Below are positions 21,084 through 31,365 of a DNA stretch of 61,834 nucleotides, in pieces. The notes under the pieces were generated by a model. That model saw only the letters and a list, made by a program, of their open reading frames with translations. It had not been told where the DNA came from and searched no databases. Source of the DNA: an uncultured Hyphomicrobiaceae bacterium (GTDB lineage Bacteria; Pseudomonadota; Alphaproteobacteria; Rhizobiales; Rhodomicrobiaceae); assembly GCA_964466965.1 (NCBI GenBank), contig CAYXPZ010000002.1:1-61834 (forward strand), written 5' to 3'. Each line of letters begins with the position of its first letter. The stretch's first letter is position 1. Both the position numbers and the translations under genes were made by a program.

Positions 21084-23153
21084 ATGGAAATGTCACCGAC
21101 ACTCGAAGATCCCGAGCAAAATCATCTGGCCGATGAAACAAGCCCTTACCTTTTGCAGCACAAGGACAATCCCGTACACTGGTGGCCTTGGGGCGCTGAA
21201 GCCTTTCAATATGCCCGCCAAACTGGAAAACCGGTGCTGCTCTCGATCGGATACGCAGCCTGCCACTGGTGCCATGTTATGGCGCATGAGAGCTTCGAGG
21301 ATGCCGCCACAGCCGGCGTTATGAACGACCTGTTCGTCAACATCAAAGTCGACCGGGAAGAACGGCCGGATGTCGATGCCCTCTACATGCGCGCGCTGCA
21401 GAGCCTCGAAGGCCACGGGGGCTGGCCGCTGACTATGTTCCTGACGCCAGACGGTGAGCCTTTCTGGGGCGGCACTTATTTTCCCAATACATCCAAATAT
21501 GGCCGCCCAGCTTTCGCCGATGTGCTCAGGGAAGTCGCTCGCGTCTATAACGAAGAATCCGACAAGATCGCGCACAATACGGGCTTGCTCCGAAAAGCGC
21601 TCGAACCGCGCGGCAGCGACGGTGACGTGTCGGCTATTTCGATGGACACCATCCGTGAGCTTGCCGGCAAAATAGCGGGTGTCATCGATCCTGTTAACGG
21701 CGGCCTGCAGGGCGCGCCGAAATTCCCTAATACATCTGTCTTTAGTCTTCTCTGGCGCAGCGGTTTGCGTTTCGATATCGAAATCTGCCGCCGCGCTGTA
21801 GACCTGACGCTTACTCGCATGTGTCAGGGCGGAATTTACGACCATCTCGGCGGCGGATTCGCCCGGTATGCGGTTGATGACCGGTGGCTTGTGCCGCATT
21901 TCGAGAAAATGCTTTACGACAACGCGCAGATCCTCGACCTGATCACCGAAGTCTGGAAGGAAACACGCAATCCGCTGTATGCCGAACGCGCCAGTGAGAC
22001 CGTCGCGTGGCTAGAACGTGAGATGATCGCGCCAGATGGCGGGTTTGCGTCATCGCTCGATGCAGACTCCGAGGGCGTGGAGGGCAAATTCTACGTCTGG
22101 GATTATTCCGAAATCATCAACAAACTGGGGCCGGATGATGCAGAGGTGTTCTGTCGTATCTATAACGTAACGCCGGAAGGGAACTGGGAAGGCAGAAACA
22201 TCCTCAACCGGCTCGAACATCCCGAGCGCCTCAGCGATCAAGAAGAAGCCCGGTTAGCCGAGATGCGCTGCAAACTGTTTGCTTCACGTGAAACGCGTGT
22301 CCGGCCCGGATGGGATGATAAAGTCCTGACGGACTGGAATGGGCTCATGATCGCCGCGCTTGTTCGCGCCGCGACGGCATTCGCGCGTCCGGCATGGTGC
22401 GATCTGGCCAAAAGCGCCTACCACTTCGTCAAGACGCGAATGGCGCGCGGTGACCGTCTCATGCATAGCTACAGGGATGGCCATACCTCTGCCCCGGGTA
22501 TCGCTTCTGACTACGCCAACATGATCAGCGCGGCGATCGCCCTGTTCTCCCAGACCGGAGAAGAGGCCTTCCTGAACGATGCCTTCCGATGGTCCGCGGT
22601 GCTCGATCAGCATTTCTGGTCCACCGATTACGGCGGCTATTTCCTTTCAGCCGACGACACTGAGGACATCATTATCCGAACGCTCACCGCCCATGACGAC
22701 TCCACACCGAACGCCAATCCGGTCATGGCTGCGAATTTCCTGGTGTTGTTCTTGCTGACCGGCGACCGCACTTACGCGGACAACGCCCACGCTGTCGAAC
22801 GCGCCTTCCGCAGCGAGATCGCCAAGAACCCGGTCGCGCATGCAGGTTTCATTGATGCCATCATGACCCTCAATGAGCCTCAGCATATTGCGATCGTTGC
22901 CCCGAATGCCCGCACCGAAGCCCACGAGCTATACGATACCGTTGCGGGTCTATCCCTCCCAGGCGCCTTGATGCAAACCTGCGTCGAGACAGAGGCGGTC
23001 CCGGCCAATCCGGCCTTGGACGGCAAAGTCGCGATAGATGGAAGACCGACAGCCTATGTATGTGTTGGACCACAATGCTCGCTTCCCGTGTTATCCTCGA
23101 ACGCACTGCGTGAACGCCTGATCGAGGCCCGACAGGGCCGTCTGGTGCAGTGA
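21084..23153 (+). CDS. thioredoxin-domain/glycosidase-fold protein (YyaL/SPATA20 family)
   Basis: [56 protein letters not shown]. Confidence 0.93.
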   Translation: MEMSPTLEDPEQNHLADETSPYLLQHKDNPVHWWPWGAEAFQYARQTGKPVLLSIGYAACHWCHVMAHESFEDAATAGVMNDLFVNIKVDREERPDVDALYMRALQSLEGHGGWPLTMFLTPDGEPFWGGTYFPNTSKYGRPAFADVLREVARVYNEESDKIAHNTGLLRKALEPRGSDGDVSAISMDTIRELAGKIAGVIDPVNGGLQGAPKFPNTSVFSLLWRSGLRFDIEICRRAVDLTLTRMCQGGIYDHLGGGFARYAVDDRWLVPHFEKMLYDNAQILDLITEVWKETRNPLYAERASETVAWLEREMIAPDGGFASSLDADSEGVEGKFYVWDYSEIINKLGPDDAEVFCRIYNVTPEGNWEGRNILNRLEHPERLSDQEEARLAEMRCKLFASRETRVRPGWDDKVLTDWNGLMIAALVRAATAFARPAWCDLAKSAYHFVKTRMARGDRLMHSYRDGHTSAPGIASDYANMISAAIALFSQTGEEAFLNDAFRWSAVLDQHFWSTDYGGYFLSADDTEDIIIRTLTAHDDSTPNANPVMAANFLVLFLLTGDRTYADNAHAVERAFRSEIAKNPVAHAGFIDAIMTLNEPQHIAIVAPNARTEAHELYDTVAGLSLPGALMQTCVETEAVPANPALDGKVAIDGRPTAYVCVGPQCSLPVLSSNALRERLIEARQGRLVQ
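22280..22295. promoter_or_regulatory. parS-like site (inside the yyaL-like gene)
   Basis: TGCTTCACGTGAAACG, 14/16 match to the parS consensus. Confidence 0.65.
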
Positions 23154-23304
23154 CACAGACACTTGATCCACGCTTGCAGCACGCTCGCATGCGAGTGTCT
23201 GTGTCGGAAACTGCACTAGAAACGTTTTTTGCTCGTGCATCTTTGACGGATTCATTCGCTCTCGGACTCGCTGCTCGCTGAAGCGAATGAGTGCGTCGCT
23301 GCCC
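23142..23304. repeat. bipartite palindromic intergenic element (two long hairpins joined by a short linker)
   Basis: Hairpin CTGGTGCAGTGACACAGACACTTG...CGAGTGTCTGTGTCGGAAACTGCACTAG (23142-23219) and hairpin GACGGATTCATTCGCT...AGCGAATGAGTGCGTC (23245-23297). Confidence 0.7.
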
Positions 23305-23410
23305 AAGAGCGCGTTCAAACAAATCCGGGTCAGCGAACACGCTATAAGTTCTTGTTTTGTCGCATTTTCGGCCGCAAAACCGGTTCCCACTTTTGCTGAA
23401 AATGCTTTAG
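23305..23410 (-). repeat. Rhizobiales RIME/Bru-RS-like palindromic repeat (~105 bp)
   Basis: Minus strand CTAAAGCATTTTCAGCAAAAGTGGGAACCGGTTTTGCGGCCGAAAATGCGACAAAACAAGAACTTATAGCGTGTTCGC...TGAACGCGCTCT resembles, from memory, the Brucella Bru-RS/Rhizobium RIME-type element. Confidence 0.75.
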
Positions 23411-23431
23411 GTTCGCCCGAATAAGGCGGGA

Positions 23432-24697
23432 TCACGTATTCATCGAATCGAAGAAATCCTCGTTCGTCTTCGTCTGCCGCAGCTTATCGAGCAGGAACTC
23501 GATCGCCTCCATGGTCCCCATTGGGTTCAAGATACGGCGCAGGACGAACATTTTTTTCAAGCGCGATTCCGGTACGAGCAGCTCTTCTTTGCGGGTGCCC
23601 GACCGTGCGATGTCGATGGCCGGGAAAACGCGCTTGTCCGCAACCTTGCGGTCCAGCACGATCTCAGAGTTACCGGTGCCCTTAAACTCCTCGAAAATCA
23701 CTTCGTCCATGCGGCTACCGGTATCGATCAGTGCAGTTGCAATAATCGTCATCGAACCGCCCTCCTCGATGTTGCGCGCCGCGCCAAAAAACCGCTTCGG
23801 CCGTTGCAGTGCGTTCGCGTCGACACCGCCGGTCAGGACCTTGCCGGAGGAAGGCACAACCGTGTTGTAAGCGCGGCCAAGCCGGGTGATCGAGTCCAGC
23901 AGAATCACCACATCACGTTTGTGCTCCACCAGGCGCTTCGCCTTCTCGATCACCATCTCGGCAACCTGAACGTGCCGCGACGCCGGCTCATCGAATGTCG
24001 AACTGATCACTTCCCCGTTTACCGAGCGTTCCATGTCCGTCACCTCCTCCGGACGCTCGTCAATCAACAGGACGATCAGATAACACTCTGGCCGGTTCTC
24101 GGTGATCGAATGCGCGATGTTCTGCAGCAGCACCGTCTTACCCGTGCGCGGCGGCGCCACGATCAACCCGCGCTGCCCCTTGCCAAGTGGGGCGACGATG
24201 TCGATCACCCGCGCGCTGAGATCCTGCCGGTTTGACCCCTCGACTTCCATGACCAGCCACTCTTCAGGATAGAGCGGCGTCAGATTATCGAAGTGGATTT
24301 TGTGGCGACTTTTTTCCGGCTCCTGAAAGTTGATTTGGTTGACCTTCAGCAGCGCGAAGTACCGCTCCCCATCCTTGGGGCTCCTGATCTGCCCTTCTAC
24401 GGTATCCCCGGTTCTCAGACCAAAGCGCCGGATCTGGCTTGGGCTGACATAAATGTCGTCCGGCCCCGGCAAATAATTGGCATCGGGTGAGCGCAGAAAG
24501 CCAAAGCCATCCTGCAGTACTTCCACAACACCGTTGCCGGTGATATCGATATCGCGTGTCGCAAGCTGCTTCAGGATGGCAAACATCAGTTCCTGTTTGC
24601 GCATCGCGCTTGCATTTTCAACGTTGACCTCCTCGGCGAAACTCAACAGTTCCGCCGGCGATTTCATCTTGAGGTCTTGTAACTTCATTTCCTGCAC
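23432..24697 (-). CDS. rho: transcription termination factor Rho
   Basis: [44 protein letters not shown]. Confidence 0.99.
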   Translation of the reverse strand: MQEMKLQDLKMKSPAELLSFAEEVNVENASAMRKQELMFAILKQLATRDIDITGNGVVEVLQDGFGFLRSPDANYLPGPDDIYVSPSQIRRFGLRTGDTVEGQIRSPKDGERYFALLKVNQINFQEPEKSRHKIHFDNLTPLYPEEWLVMEVEGSNRQDLSARVIDIVAPLGKGQRGLIVAPPRTGKTVLLQNIAHSITENRPECYLIVLLIDERPEEVTDMERSVNGEVISSTFDEPASRHVQVAEMVIEKAKRLVEHKRDVVILLDSITRLGRAYNTVVPSSGKVLTGGVDANALQRPKRFFGAARNIEEGGSMTIIATALIDTGSRMDEVIFEEFKGTGNSEIVLDRKVADKRVFPAIDIARSGTRKEELLVPESRLKKMFVLRRILNPMGTMEAIEFLLDKLRQTKTNEDFFDSMNT

Positions 24698-25021
24698 GGA
24701 TATGGCTCCTGGAGATTCTTACCGCTATGTCGGGGCGCAATCCCTGCCGGTTGCGTGGATCGAGCGGTTCCGCGATAGGATATTGTGAGATGCAGAATTG
24801 GGTGGGGAACACCCAGAGCGGCCTCGCGCCTCTAGGTTCGGGTAGATGAGCAGACCCCTCTCACCTACTCAACTCAAGAATTACAATTGAAACATACCAG
24901 ACTTAATACAACTCGCAAAGCCACTATTGATTTGGTTGTGGCTCATCGACAACGGTCCGCGCGACCGGTCCTTAAAGGGCTCTATCCGAACACGGCGGGC
25001 CGTTGCAAACGCGCGAGCGGG

Positions 25022-25462
25022 TCAGAAGGGACGAGCCACGGCAAGAATGACGACCGCCACCATTATCACAGTCGGAACCTCATTCATAATCCGATAAAAC
25101 TTTGCGGAATGTACGTTCTGATCGGCAGCAAACAGCCTGCGCCAACGTGCCAATACCATATGATAAGCCGTCAGGAGAATCACAAGAAGGAATTTAACAT
25201 GAAACCATATGTCCACAGACCAGTTAATGACGCCATAATAAAATAGCAACAATAAACCAAAGACCCAGCTCGCGATCATCGCTGGATTCATGATATAGCG
25301 AAGAAGACGATTCTCCATGAGCTTAAAGGTTTCAGACGTCGCCGACCCCGGCTGCTCGTAAGCATGATAAACGAACAGTCTTGGCAAGTACAGCAACCCA
25401 GCCATCCACGCAATAATCGAGATGACGTGGAACGCTTTCACGTACAAATATAGACCGTCCAT
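25022..25462 (-). CDS. hemJ: protoporphyrinogen IX oxidase HemJ
   Basis: KAFH, WMAGLLYLPRLFVYH, IMNPAM, NEVPT; located between hemE and rho. Confidence 0.95.
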   Translation of the reverse strand: MDGLYLYVKAFHVISIIAWMAGLLYLPRLFVYHAYEQPGSATSETFKLMENRLLRYIMNPAMIASWVFGLLLLFYYGVINWSVDIWFHVKFLLVILLTAYHMVLARWRRLFAADQNVHSAKFYRIMNEVPTVIMVAVVILAVARPF

Positions 25463-25478
25463 CGGGCAGGATCCTGAC

Positions 25479-26525
25479 CTATTCGCGCACGACTCTCACA
25501 AGAGTTTCGACATGCTCGGGCGGGGTTTGCGGGACAATACCGTGACCCAAATTGAAGATGTGCGGGCCGCTTGAGAGGGTGTCACGGATATCGCGGATGC
25601 GTCGCTCAAGCGCATCGCCACCCGCCACCAACAGCAACGGATCAAGATTGCCTTGCACGACCGTGCGACGTTGCAGATTCGTCTTGATCCAGTCAAGCGG
25701 AAGCGACGTGTCACAGCCGAGCGCATCGACGCCGGTGTGTCCAAGAAAGTCCAGGTACATCGGACCGCTCATACGCGGAAAGCCGATGATTGGAACGTTC
25801 GGGTGCTCTGCACGCAACGCCGAAATCAGTTTTTGTGTCGGCGCGATGACCCAACGGTGGAATTCACTGTCGGAAAGGACGCCTGCCCAGCTTTCGAAGA
25901 TCTGCACCGCCTGCGCGCCGGCTTTAATCTGACCGCTTAAATACGCTGCCGAAGCGTCCACGATCATGTCGATCAGCCGCGCAAACCCCTCCGGATCGCG
26001 ATACGACCACTGTCGTGCCGGGGCCTGATCGGACGTGCTTTGCCCCGCCACCATATAGGTCGCAACCGTCCACGGGCCGCCGCAGAACCCGATCAGCGCG
26101 GTCTCCTCGGGCAGCGCCTGAGCAACACGCGACACGGTTTCGTAGATAGGCGATACCGTCTCCGCTACGCGATCAATCGACAACCGGGAGAGTTCTGCCT
26201 CTTCCGTTAGCGGCTCAAGCTGCGGGCCTTTGCCTTCCTCGAACCAGACTTTCTGCCCGAGTGCATGCGCCACGACCAATATGTCCGAGAACAGGATGGC
26301 CGCGTCTAGACCGTAGCGCTCGATCGGCTGCAACGTGACACGCGCAGCTAGTTCGGGATTATAACAAAGGTCGAGAAAACCGCCGGCCTGCGCGCGGACG
26401 TCGCGATATTCCGGTAGGTACCGTCCGGCCTGACGCATCAGCCAAATCGGCGGGGGCGATTGGACCTCGCCGGCAAGGGCTTTGAGAAACCGATTGTTGG
26501 GCGTCTCAAGACTGGCGTTAGACAT
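25479..26525 (-). CDS. hemE: uroporphyrinogen decarboxylase
   Basis: WLMRQAGRYLPEY, DAAILFSDIL, QGNLDP, FNLGHGI. Confidence 0.98.
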   Translation of the reverse strand: MSNASLETPNNRFLKALAGEVQSPPPIWLMRQAGRYLPEYRDVRAQAGGFLDLCYNPELAARVTLQPIERYGLDAAILFSDILVVAHALGQKVWFEEGKGPQLEPLTEEAELSRLSIDRVAETVSPIYETVSRVAQALPEETALIGFCGGPWTVATYMVAGQSTSDQAPARQWSYRDPEGFARLIDMIVDASAAYLSGQIKAGAQAVQIFESWAGVLSDSEFHRWVIAPTQKLISALRAEHPNVPIIGFPRMSGPMYLDFLGHTGVDALGCDTSLPLDWIKTNLQRRTVVQGNLDPLLLVAGGDALERRIRDIRDTLSSGPHIFNLGHGIVPQTPPEHVETLVRVVRE

Positions 26526-27028
26526 AACTTCGATTCCCTATTCCCGCAAACAAAAATCTTTTCTTCTTCAGGGTCTGTTGTTTGAGTTTGGGTTGGCGGA
26601 CATGTTGATTTCACCGCTGCCCACAGGCTTTCTACAGCTTGCTGCAAGGCCAGGGGCATGGCGCTCAGTCCTGCCGTCAATGCTCGCGGCTGTCAATGTG
26701 AACACCGCAAAATTTTGACGTGCTGGCATATGGTTATACATACACAATGGAGCGGGTAGAAAACGGGGACTGACCTGTCGATGAGCGGGGCATTCAGGTC
26801 AACGCGTCAACACAATGCCGGATCGGGGGATGTAACTGTTCACCGTGCAATGTGCTGTGGGGCATTTTTTGATTGCGGTGCGCGACTCGGGAGGCATCCT
26901 GTCTGTCTCGCTTGGCGTTGGTGATAACGCTGTGATTCGCTAAGAACATCTGCAGGCGTACCGGAGGGCTGGTGAGTCGGTATCGCAGCGATGGGGTGAT
27001 CCCCGACGCCCCGATGTGTGAGTGGAAG
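26526..27028. other. putative chromosomal replication origin (oriC)
   Basis: About 500 bp hemE/PDRP divergent spacer, the conserved alphaproteobacterial origin position. T-rich tract at 26550-26595; DnaA-box-like TTATACATA (26734-26742) and TCATCGACA (minus, 26776-26784); four GANTC sites (26532, 26884, 26934, 26974); parAB/parS nearby. Confidence 0.75.
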
Positions 27029-27877
27029 ATGAGCAAGCAGCCAGCGGAAAAGTCATTTCACCTGCATCTGGTTTCAGATGCGTCGGGAGAGACGCTGACC
27101 ATGATTGCGAAGGCAGCCACGGTTCAGTACTCGCTGATCCGCGCCATTCACCATGTCCACCCGCTCGTTCGCACGCGCCGCCAACTGAACGATGTGGTCG
27201 AGAAAATCCGGGCCAATCCGGGCATTGTCCTTTATACGATCGTCAACGCTGATCTGGGGCGCGAGCTGACCAGCCAGTGCAAAGAGCTGGGGCTGCCCTG
27301 CATTGCCGTTCTGGAACCTATTCTTAATGCCTTCGGTCAGTATCTCGGGACCGCGTCAACACCGGTGGTGGCGGGCCAGCATGCGCTTGATGCCGAGTAC
27401 TTCCGGCGCGTGGACGCCATGCAATTCGCGATGATGCATGACGATGGTCAAAATGCTGAGACGCTGGATGAAGCTGATATCGTCCTGGTCGGCATCAGCC
27501 GGACCTCCAAAACGCCGACAAGCATCTATCTGGCCAACCGCGGCTACAAGACAGCCAATGTTTCGGTGGTGCCCGATATTCCTGTGCCGCCGACGCTCAA
27601 GACCGCGGAGCGTCCGCTCATTGTGGGGCTCACGGCGACGGCCGAGCGGATCGCCGAGATACGGCATAACCGTGTGATCTCGTTCAACGATGGACGGCTG
27701 TCAGATTACGCCGATATGGGCCGCATAAAGGAGGAAATCGCTTTCACCCGGCGCCTGTGTCATCGACACCATTGGCCGATCATCGATGTGAGCCGGCGCT
27801 CGATTGAGGAAACCGCAGCCGACATCATTCGCCGCTTCGAGGATCGCAAAGCCTCGCTTGCCGCACGGAGCGCATAG
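27029..27877 (+). CDS. pyruvate,phosphate/water dikinase regulatory kinase-pyrophosphorylase (DUF299)
   Basis: HLVSDASGET, HDDG, GISRTSKTPTSIYLA, SIEETA. Confidence 0.94.
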   Translation: MSKQPAEKSFHLHLVSDASGETLTMIAKAATVQYSLIRAIHHVHPLVRTRRQLNDVVEKIRANPGIVLYTIVNADLGRELTSQCKELGLPCIAVLEPILNAFGQYLGTASTPVVAGQHALDAEYFRRVDAMQFAMMHDDGQNAETLDEADIVLVGISRTSKTPTSIYLANRGYKTANVSVVPDIPVPPTLKTAERPLIVGLTATAERIAEIRHNRVISFNDGRLSDYADMGRIKEEIAFTRRLCHRHHWPIIDVSRRSIEETAADIIRRFEDRKASLAARSA

Positions 27878-27879
27878 GT

Positions 27880-28527
27880 ATGTCCGGCACCACCGCGCCG
27901 ATAGCCGATGGACTTCAGGCTGACCAGCCGGCGCTCATTCTGGCTTCGGCGAGCCAGGCGCGCGCGTCAGTGCTTCGTAGTGTGGGGCTTACCTTTGAAC
28001 AAAAACCGTCCAACGTGGATGAGAGCGTCGCCCGCGCCGCGCTTCAGGATGACAGCGGAGTGGCGCTCGCCGGCGACATCGCGGAACTCCTGGCCATCAC
28101 CAAGGCGATGGACATCAGCAGCGCTGATCCCGACGCGCTTGTGATTGGCGCGGATCAGGTTCTCGCCATTGAGGACCGCATACTCGAAAAACCTGCGGAT
28201 TTCGAGGCCGCCCGCGAGCAACTTCTTGATATGCGCGGCAAAACACATGTTCTGCATTCAGCGGTCTGTCTCTGCCGCGGCGGACAACATCTTTGGTCCC
28301 ATGTGGGTACGGCCTCGATGACAATGCGTTCGTTCTCCCCGGAATTCGTAGGCCGCTATCTGAGCGTCGCAGGGGCTTCAGTACTTGGCTGTGTGGGCGC
28401 TTATCAACTGGAAGGTGTGGGCGCTCAACTTTTTGACAGGGTAGACGGTGACTACTTCACTGTCCTCGGTTTGCCTTTGTTGCCGCTGCTGGCGAAGCTG
28501 CGTGAGCTGGAGATCCTGCTTGTCTGA
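27880..28527 (+). CDS. maf: Maf family nucleoside triphosphate pyrophosphatase
   Basis: LILASAS, GADQVL, EKP, GAYQLEG, GDYFTVLGLPL. Confidence 0.94.
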   Translation: MSGTTAPIADGLQADQPALILASASQARASVLRSVGLTFEQKPSNVDESVARAALQDDSGVALAGDIAELLAITKAMDISSADPDALVIGADQVLAIEDRILEKPADFEAAREQLLDMRGKTHVLHSAVCLCRGGQHLWSHVGTASMTMRSFSPEFVGRYLSVAGASVLGCVGAYQLEGVGAQLFDRVDGDYFTVLGLPLLPLLAKLRELEILLV

Positions 28528-29380
28528 AACCTCAGAAACGAGGCCCCATGCGTGTGTGATTGGCTGGCCGGTTGCGCACTCACGGTCACCGTTGATCCAC
28601 GGGTACTGGCTGACGAAGTACGGTTTGCCCGGTTGCTATGACAAGCAAGCTGTGCCGCCAGAAGAGCTACCCAAATTCATCGAGCATTTTGCTGCCAGCG
28701 GTCTGGTTGGTGCGAATGTCACAGTTCCGCACAAGGAATTGGCCTATGAACTCGTGGATCGGCGAGAGGCTGCCGCAGAAGCCGTGCAAGCGGTGAACAC
28801 GATCTGGATCGACGATGGCCAGCTGGTCGGCGATAACACGGATGTTTATGGCTTCCTTGCCAACCTCGATGAAGGTGCGCCAGGCTGGGATGCTGGCGGT
28901 CGCGCGGCTGTCCTCGGGGCCGGGGGCGCAGCGCGGGCGGTGCTCAAGGGCTTGATAGATCGTGGTTTTTCGGAAATTCGCTTGGCCAACCGGACCTTCG
29001 CTAAGGCGCGGGGCCTTGCCGATGCGTTTGGGCCGGCGGTCACGCCGGTCGCCTGGGAGGAGCGGCACCAGATGCTTGATGGTTGCGCGCTCCTCGCGAA
29101 CACGACGTCCCTCGGTATGGCGGGCGGGCACGCGCTCGAAATTGACCTTGCCGGGCTGCAGAACGAGGCAGTAGTCACTGACATCGTTTATGTTCCGTTG
29201 CACACGCCCTTGCTGGAGGCTGCGCGTGCGCGTGGTCTGCGCAGTGTCGATGGGCTCGGCATGTTGCTACATCAGGCAGTGCCCGGCTTTGCGCGCTGGT
29301 TCGGCGTTCGCCCAGAGGTGACGCCTGAGTTGCGCGCGCGCCTGGTCGCCGACATTGAGCAGCACGAGTCCGCGTCATGA
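28520..29380 (+). CDS. aroE: shikimate dehydrogenase
   Basis: GWPVAHSRSP, GANVTVPHKE, NTD, GAGGAARA, DGLGMLLHQA; TTG start overlapping the maf stop. Confidence 0.96.
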   Translation: MSETSETRPHACVIGWPVAHSRSPLIHGYWLTKYGLPGCYDKQAVPPEELPKFIEHFAASGLVGANVTVPHKELAYELVDRREAAAEAVQAVNTIWIDDGQLVGDNTDVYGFLANLDEGAPGWDAGGRAAVLGAGGAARAVLKGLIDRGFSEIRLANRTFAKARGLADAFGPAVTPVAWEERHQMLDGCALLANTTSLGMAGGHALEIDLAGLQNEAVVTDIVYVPLHTPLLEAARARGLRSVDGLGMLLHQAVPGFARWFGVRPEVTPELRARLVADIEQHESAS

Positions 29381-30000
29381 TGATTGTTGGCCTCACCGGC
29401 TCCATGGCGATGGGCAAGTCCACAGCTGCGAGCTATCTGAAGAGCCTGGGCATTCCCGTATTTGATTCCGATGCTGCTGTTCATGCGCTGTATGAGGGTG
29501 AAGCTGTGGATACGATTGCGCGGGCATTTCCCGGCGTCACCCATGAGGGCCGGGTTGATCGCAAACGGCTGGGCGAGATCATTGCCGGCGATCCCGAAGC
29601 GCTGGCGCGGTTGGAGGCGATTGTTCACCCCATGGTCCGCCGCAAACAGCGCGATTTCTTACTGGCCGCGGAGCGTCGTGGGGCCGACTTGGCGGTCCTC
29701 GACATACCGCTACTGTTTGAGTCCGGCGCTGAAAAACTCTGCGATGCCGTGATCGTCGTGAGCGCGCCGGAGCGCATTCAGCGCGAGCGGCTTGCCGCGC
29801 GCAAGGGCATGACGCCCGAAAAGATCAATGATCTGTTGAGCCGCCAAATGCCGGACGCGGAGAAACGCGCTCGCGCTGACTTCGTTGTGGACACAAGCGG
29901 TTCTATCCCCGAGAGCCGTGCGCAGATTGATCGCATTCTGGCTACACTCCGTGACCAAGAGGGCGGAAAGATTGCCGAATGGCGCGCCCTGGAGGTGTAA
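29377..30000 (+). CDS. coaE: dephospho-CoA kinase
   Basis: [26 protein letters not shown]. Confidence 0.96.
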   Translation: MMIVGLTGSMAMGKSTAASYLKSLGIPVFDSDAAVHALYEGEAVDTIARAFPGVTHEGRVDRKRLGEIIAGDPEALARLEAIVHPMVRRKQRDFLLAAERRGADLAVLDIPLLFESGAEKLCDAVIVVSAPERIQRERLAARKGMTPEKINDLLSRQMPDAEKRARADFVVDTSGSIPESRAQIDRILATLRDQEGGKIAEWRALEV

Positions 30001-30016
30001 AACCGGCGGGGGGATC

Positions 30017-30721
30017 ATGCGCGAAATTGTGCTGGACACCGAAACAACCGGCCTGAAGCCGGAAGAGGGACACCGGATTATCGAAATCGGTTGCCTCGAA
30101 CTGGTAAATTATGTGCCGACCGGGCGAGAGTTCCACCGGTTCATCAATCCCGAGCGCGACGTTCCCGATGAGGCGCAGCAGGTCCACGGCATTACCAGCG
30201 CTTTTCTTGCTGACAAGCCAGTCTTTTCCGACATCGCCGACTCCTTCCTGGAGTTCATCGCAGACGCCAAGTTGATCATTCATAACGCAAAGTTCGACAT
30301 CGGTTTCTTGAACGCGGAACTTTCGCGGCTGCCGCGTGACCCGATTCCGTTCGATCAAGTGGTCGATACTCTGGCCTTGGCTCGGCGCAAGCATCCGGCT
30401 GGCCCCAACAGTCTGGATGCGTTGTGTAAGCGCTACCGCATCGACCTGAGCGAGCGTACCAAGCACGGCGCTCTTCTGGACAGCGAGCTGCTCGCGCGGG
30501 TGTATCTGGAACTGATGGGCGGGACACAGGCCGCCCTTGGGCTGGAGGTTAGCTTCGCAGGCGGGCGGTCTGGGGCGGCGGCGGAGGCGTATGACGCCGC
30601 GCGCCCTCGGCCTAAGGCGCTTGCGCCGCTGCTCACACGGGATGAGCAGGAGGCGCATCGCGACTTCCTCGCGACACTCGGTGCGCCCGCCTTATGGAAT
30701 GCTTACGACAGCGAAGCGTGA
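30017..30721 (+). CDS. dnaQ: DNA polymerase III epsilon subunit
   Basis: LDTETTG, HNAKFD, SLDALC, HGALLD. Confidence 0.97.
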   Translation: MREIVLDTETTGLKPEEGHRIIEIGCLELVNYVPTGREFHRFINPERDVPDEAQQVHGITSAFLADKPVFSDIADSFLEFIADAKLIIHNAKFDIGFLNAELSRLPRDPIPFDQVVDTLALARRKHPAGPNSLDALCKRYRIDLSERTKHGALLDSELLARVYLELMGGTQAALGLEVSFAGGRSGAAAEAYDAARPRPKALAPLLTRDEQEAHRDFLATLGAPALWNAYDSEA

Positions 30722-31228
30722 TCAGGTATTGGCTTCGGTTTCAGCTTGCTGCTGTTGTTTTTGCGCATTGCGGCGGTAAAGCGCGGCGAAGTCGATCGGG
30801 TCAATCAGCAGCGGCGGATAACCGCCTTCGCGCGTAAGATCAGCGATGATCCGGCGCACAAACGGGAACAGCGTCGCGGGGCAGTCGACAAATAGGAAGG
30901 GGCGAAGGCGCTCCTGCGGAAAGCTCTCGACCCGGAAAACACCTGCATAGACAAGATCCAGCTGATAAATGCTTGATGCCTCACTCTTGGCTTCACCTTC
31001 AAAATGAAGCGTCACCTCATAGGTATCGTCGCTAATCTTGTTCGCGCCAACATTAAAATTAAGCTGCAGGTTGGGGTTTTCCCCCGGTTCCTGAAATGAC
31101 TGGGGCGCATTCGGGTTCTCGAATGACAAGTCCTTTATGTACTGCCCGAGAACGCTGACCCGCGGGCCTTGCTGCCCTTCCTGGTTGCTCTGATCGTCAC
31201 CGCCGTTGGGCTTGTTTTCTTCCGCCAT
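30722..31228 (-). CDS. secB: protein export chaperone SecB
   Basis: QYIKDLSFENP, YAGVF, CPATLFPF, PPLLIDPIDF. Confidence 0.96.
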   Translation of the reverse strand: MAEENKPNGGDDQSNQEGQQGPRVSVLGQYIKDLSFENPNAPQSFQEPGENPNLQLNFNVGANKISDDTYEVTLHFEGEAKSEASSIYQLDLVYAGVFRVESFPQERLRPFLFVDCPATLFPFVRRIIADLTREGGYPPLLIDPIDFAALYRRNAQKQQQQAETEANT

Positions 31229-31365
31229 TTCTCGCCTCTGTCGCTGTGCGGTTGGTCGCGGCGCGCTGTGCTCTTTAGTGCCTCAGCAACCGTTCCGCGT
31301 AGTTGTTATTGCGTGTGTGGCTACCATGACGCGCGGCGGCATTCAAGCTGAGGCGCGGTCCTCGA

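Noticed and set aside
25421-25450. Additional parS-like half sites in hemJ
   Set aside because: Only one arm matches; too degenerate to call.
25022-26525. hemH missing between hemE and hemJ
   Set aside because: hemE-hemJ-rho without hemH is a known arrangement in several Rhizobiales.
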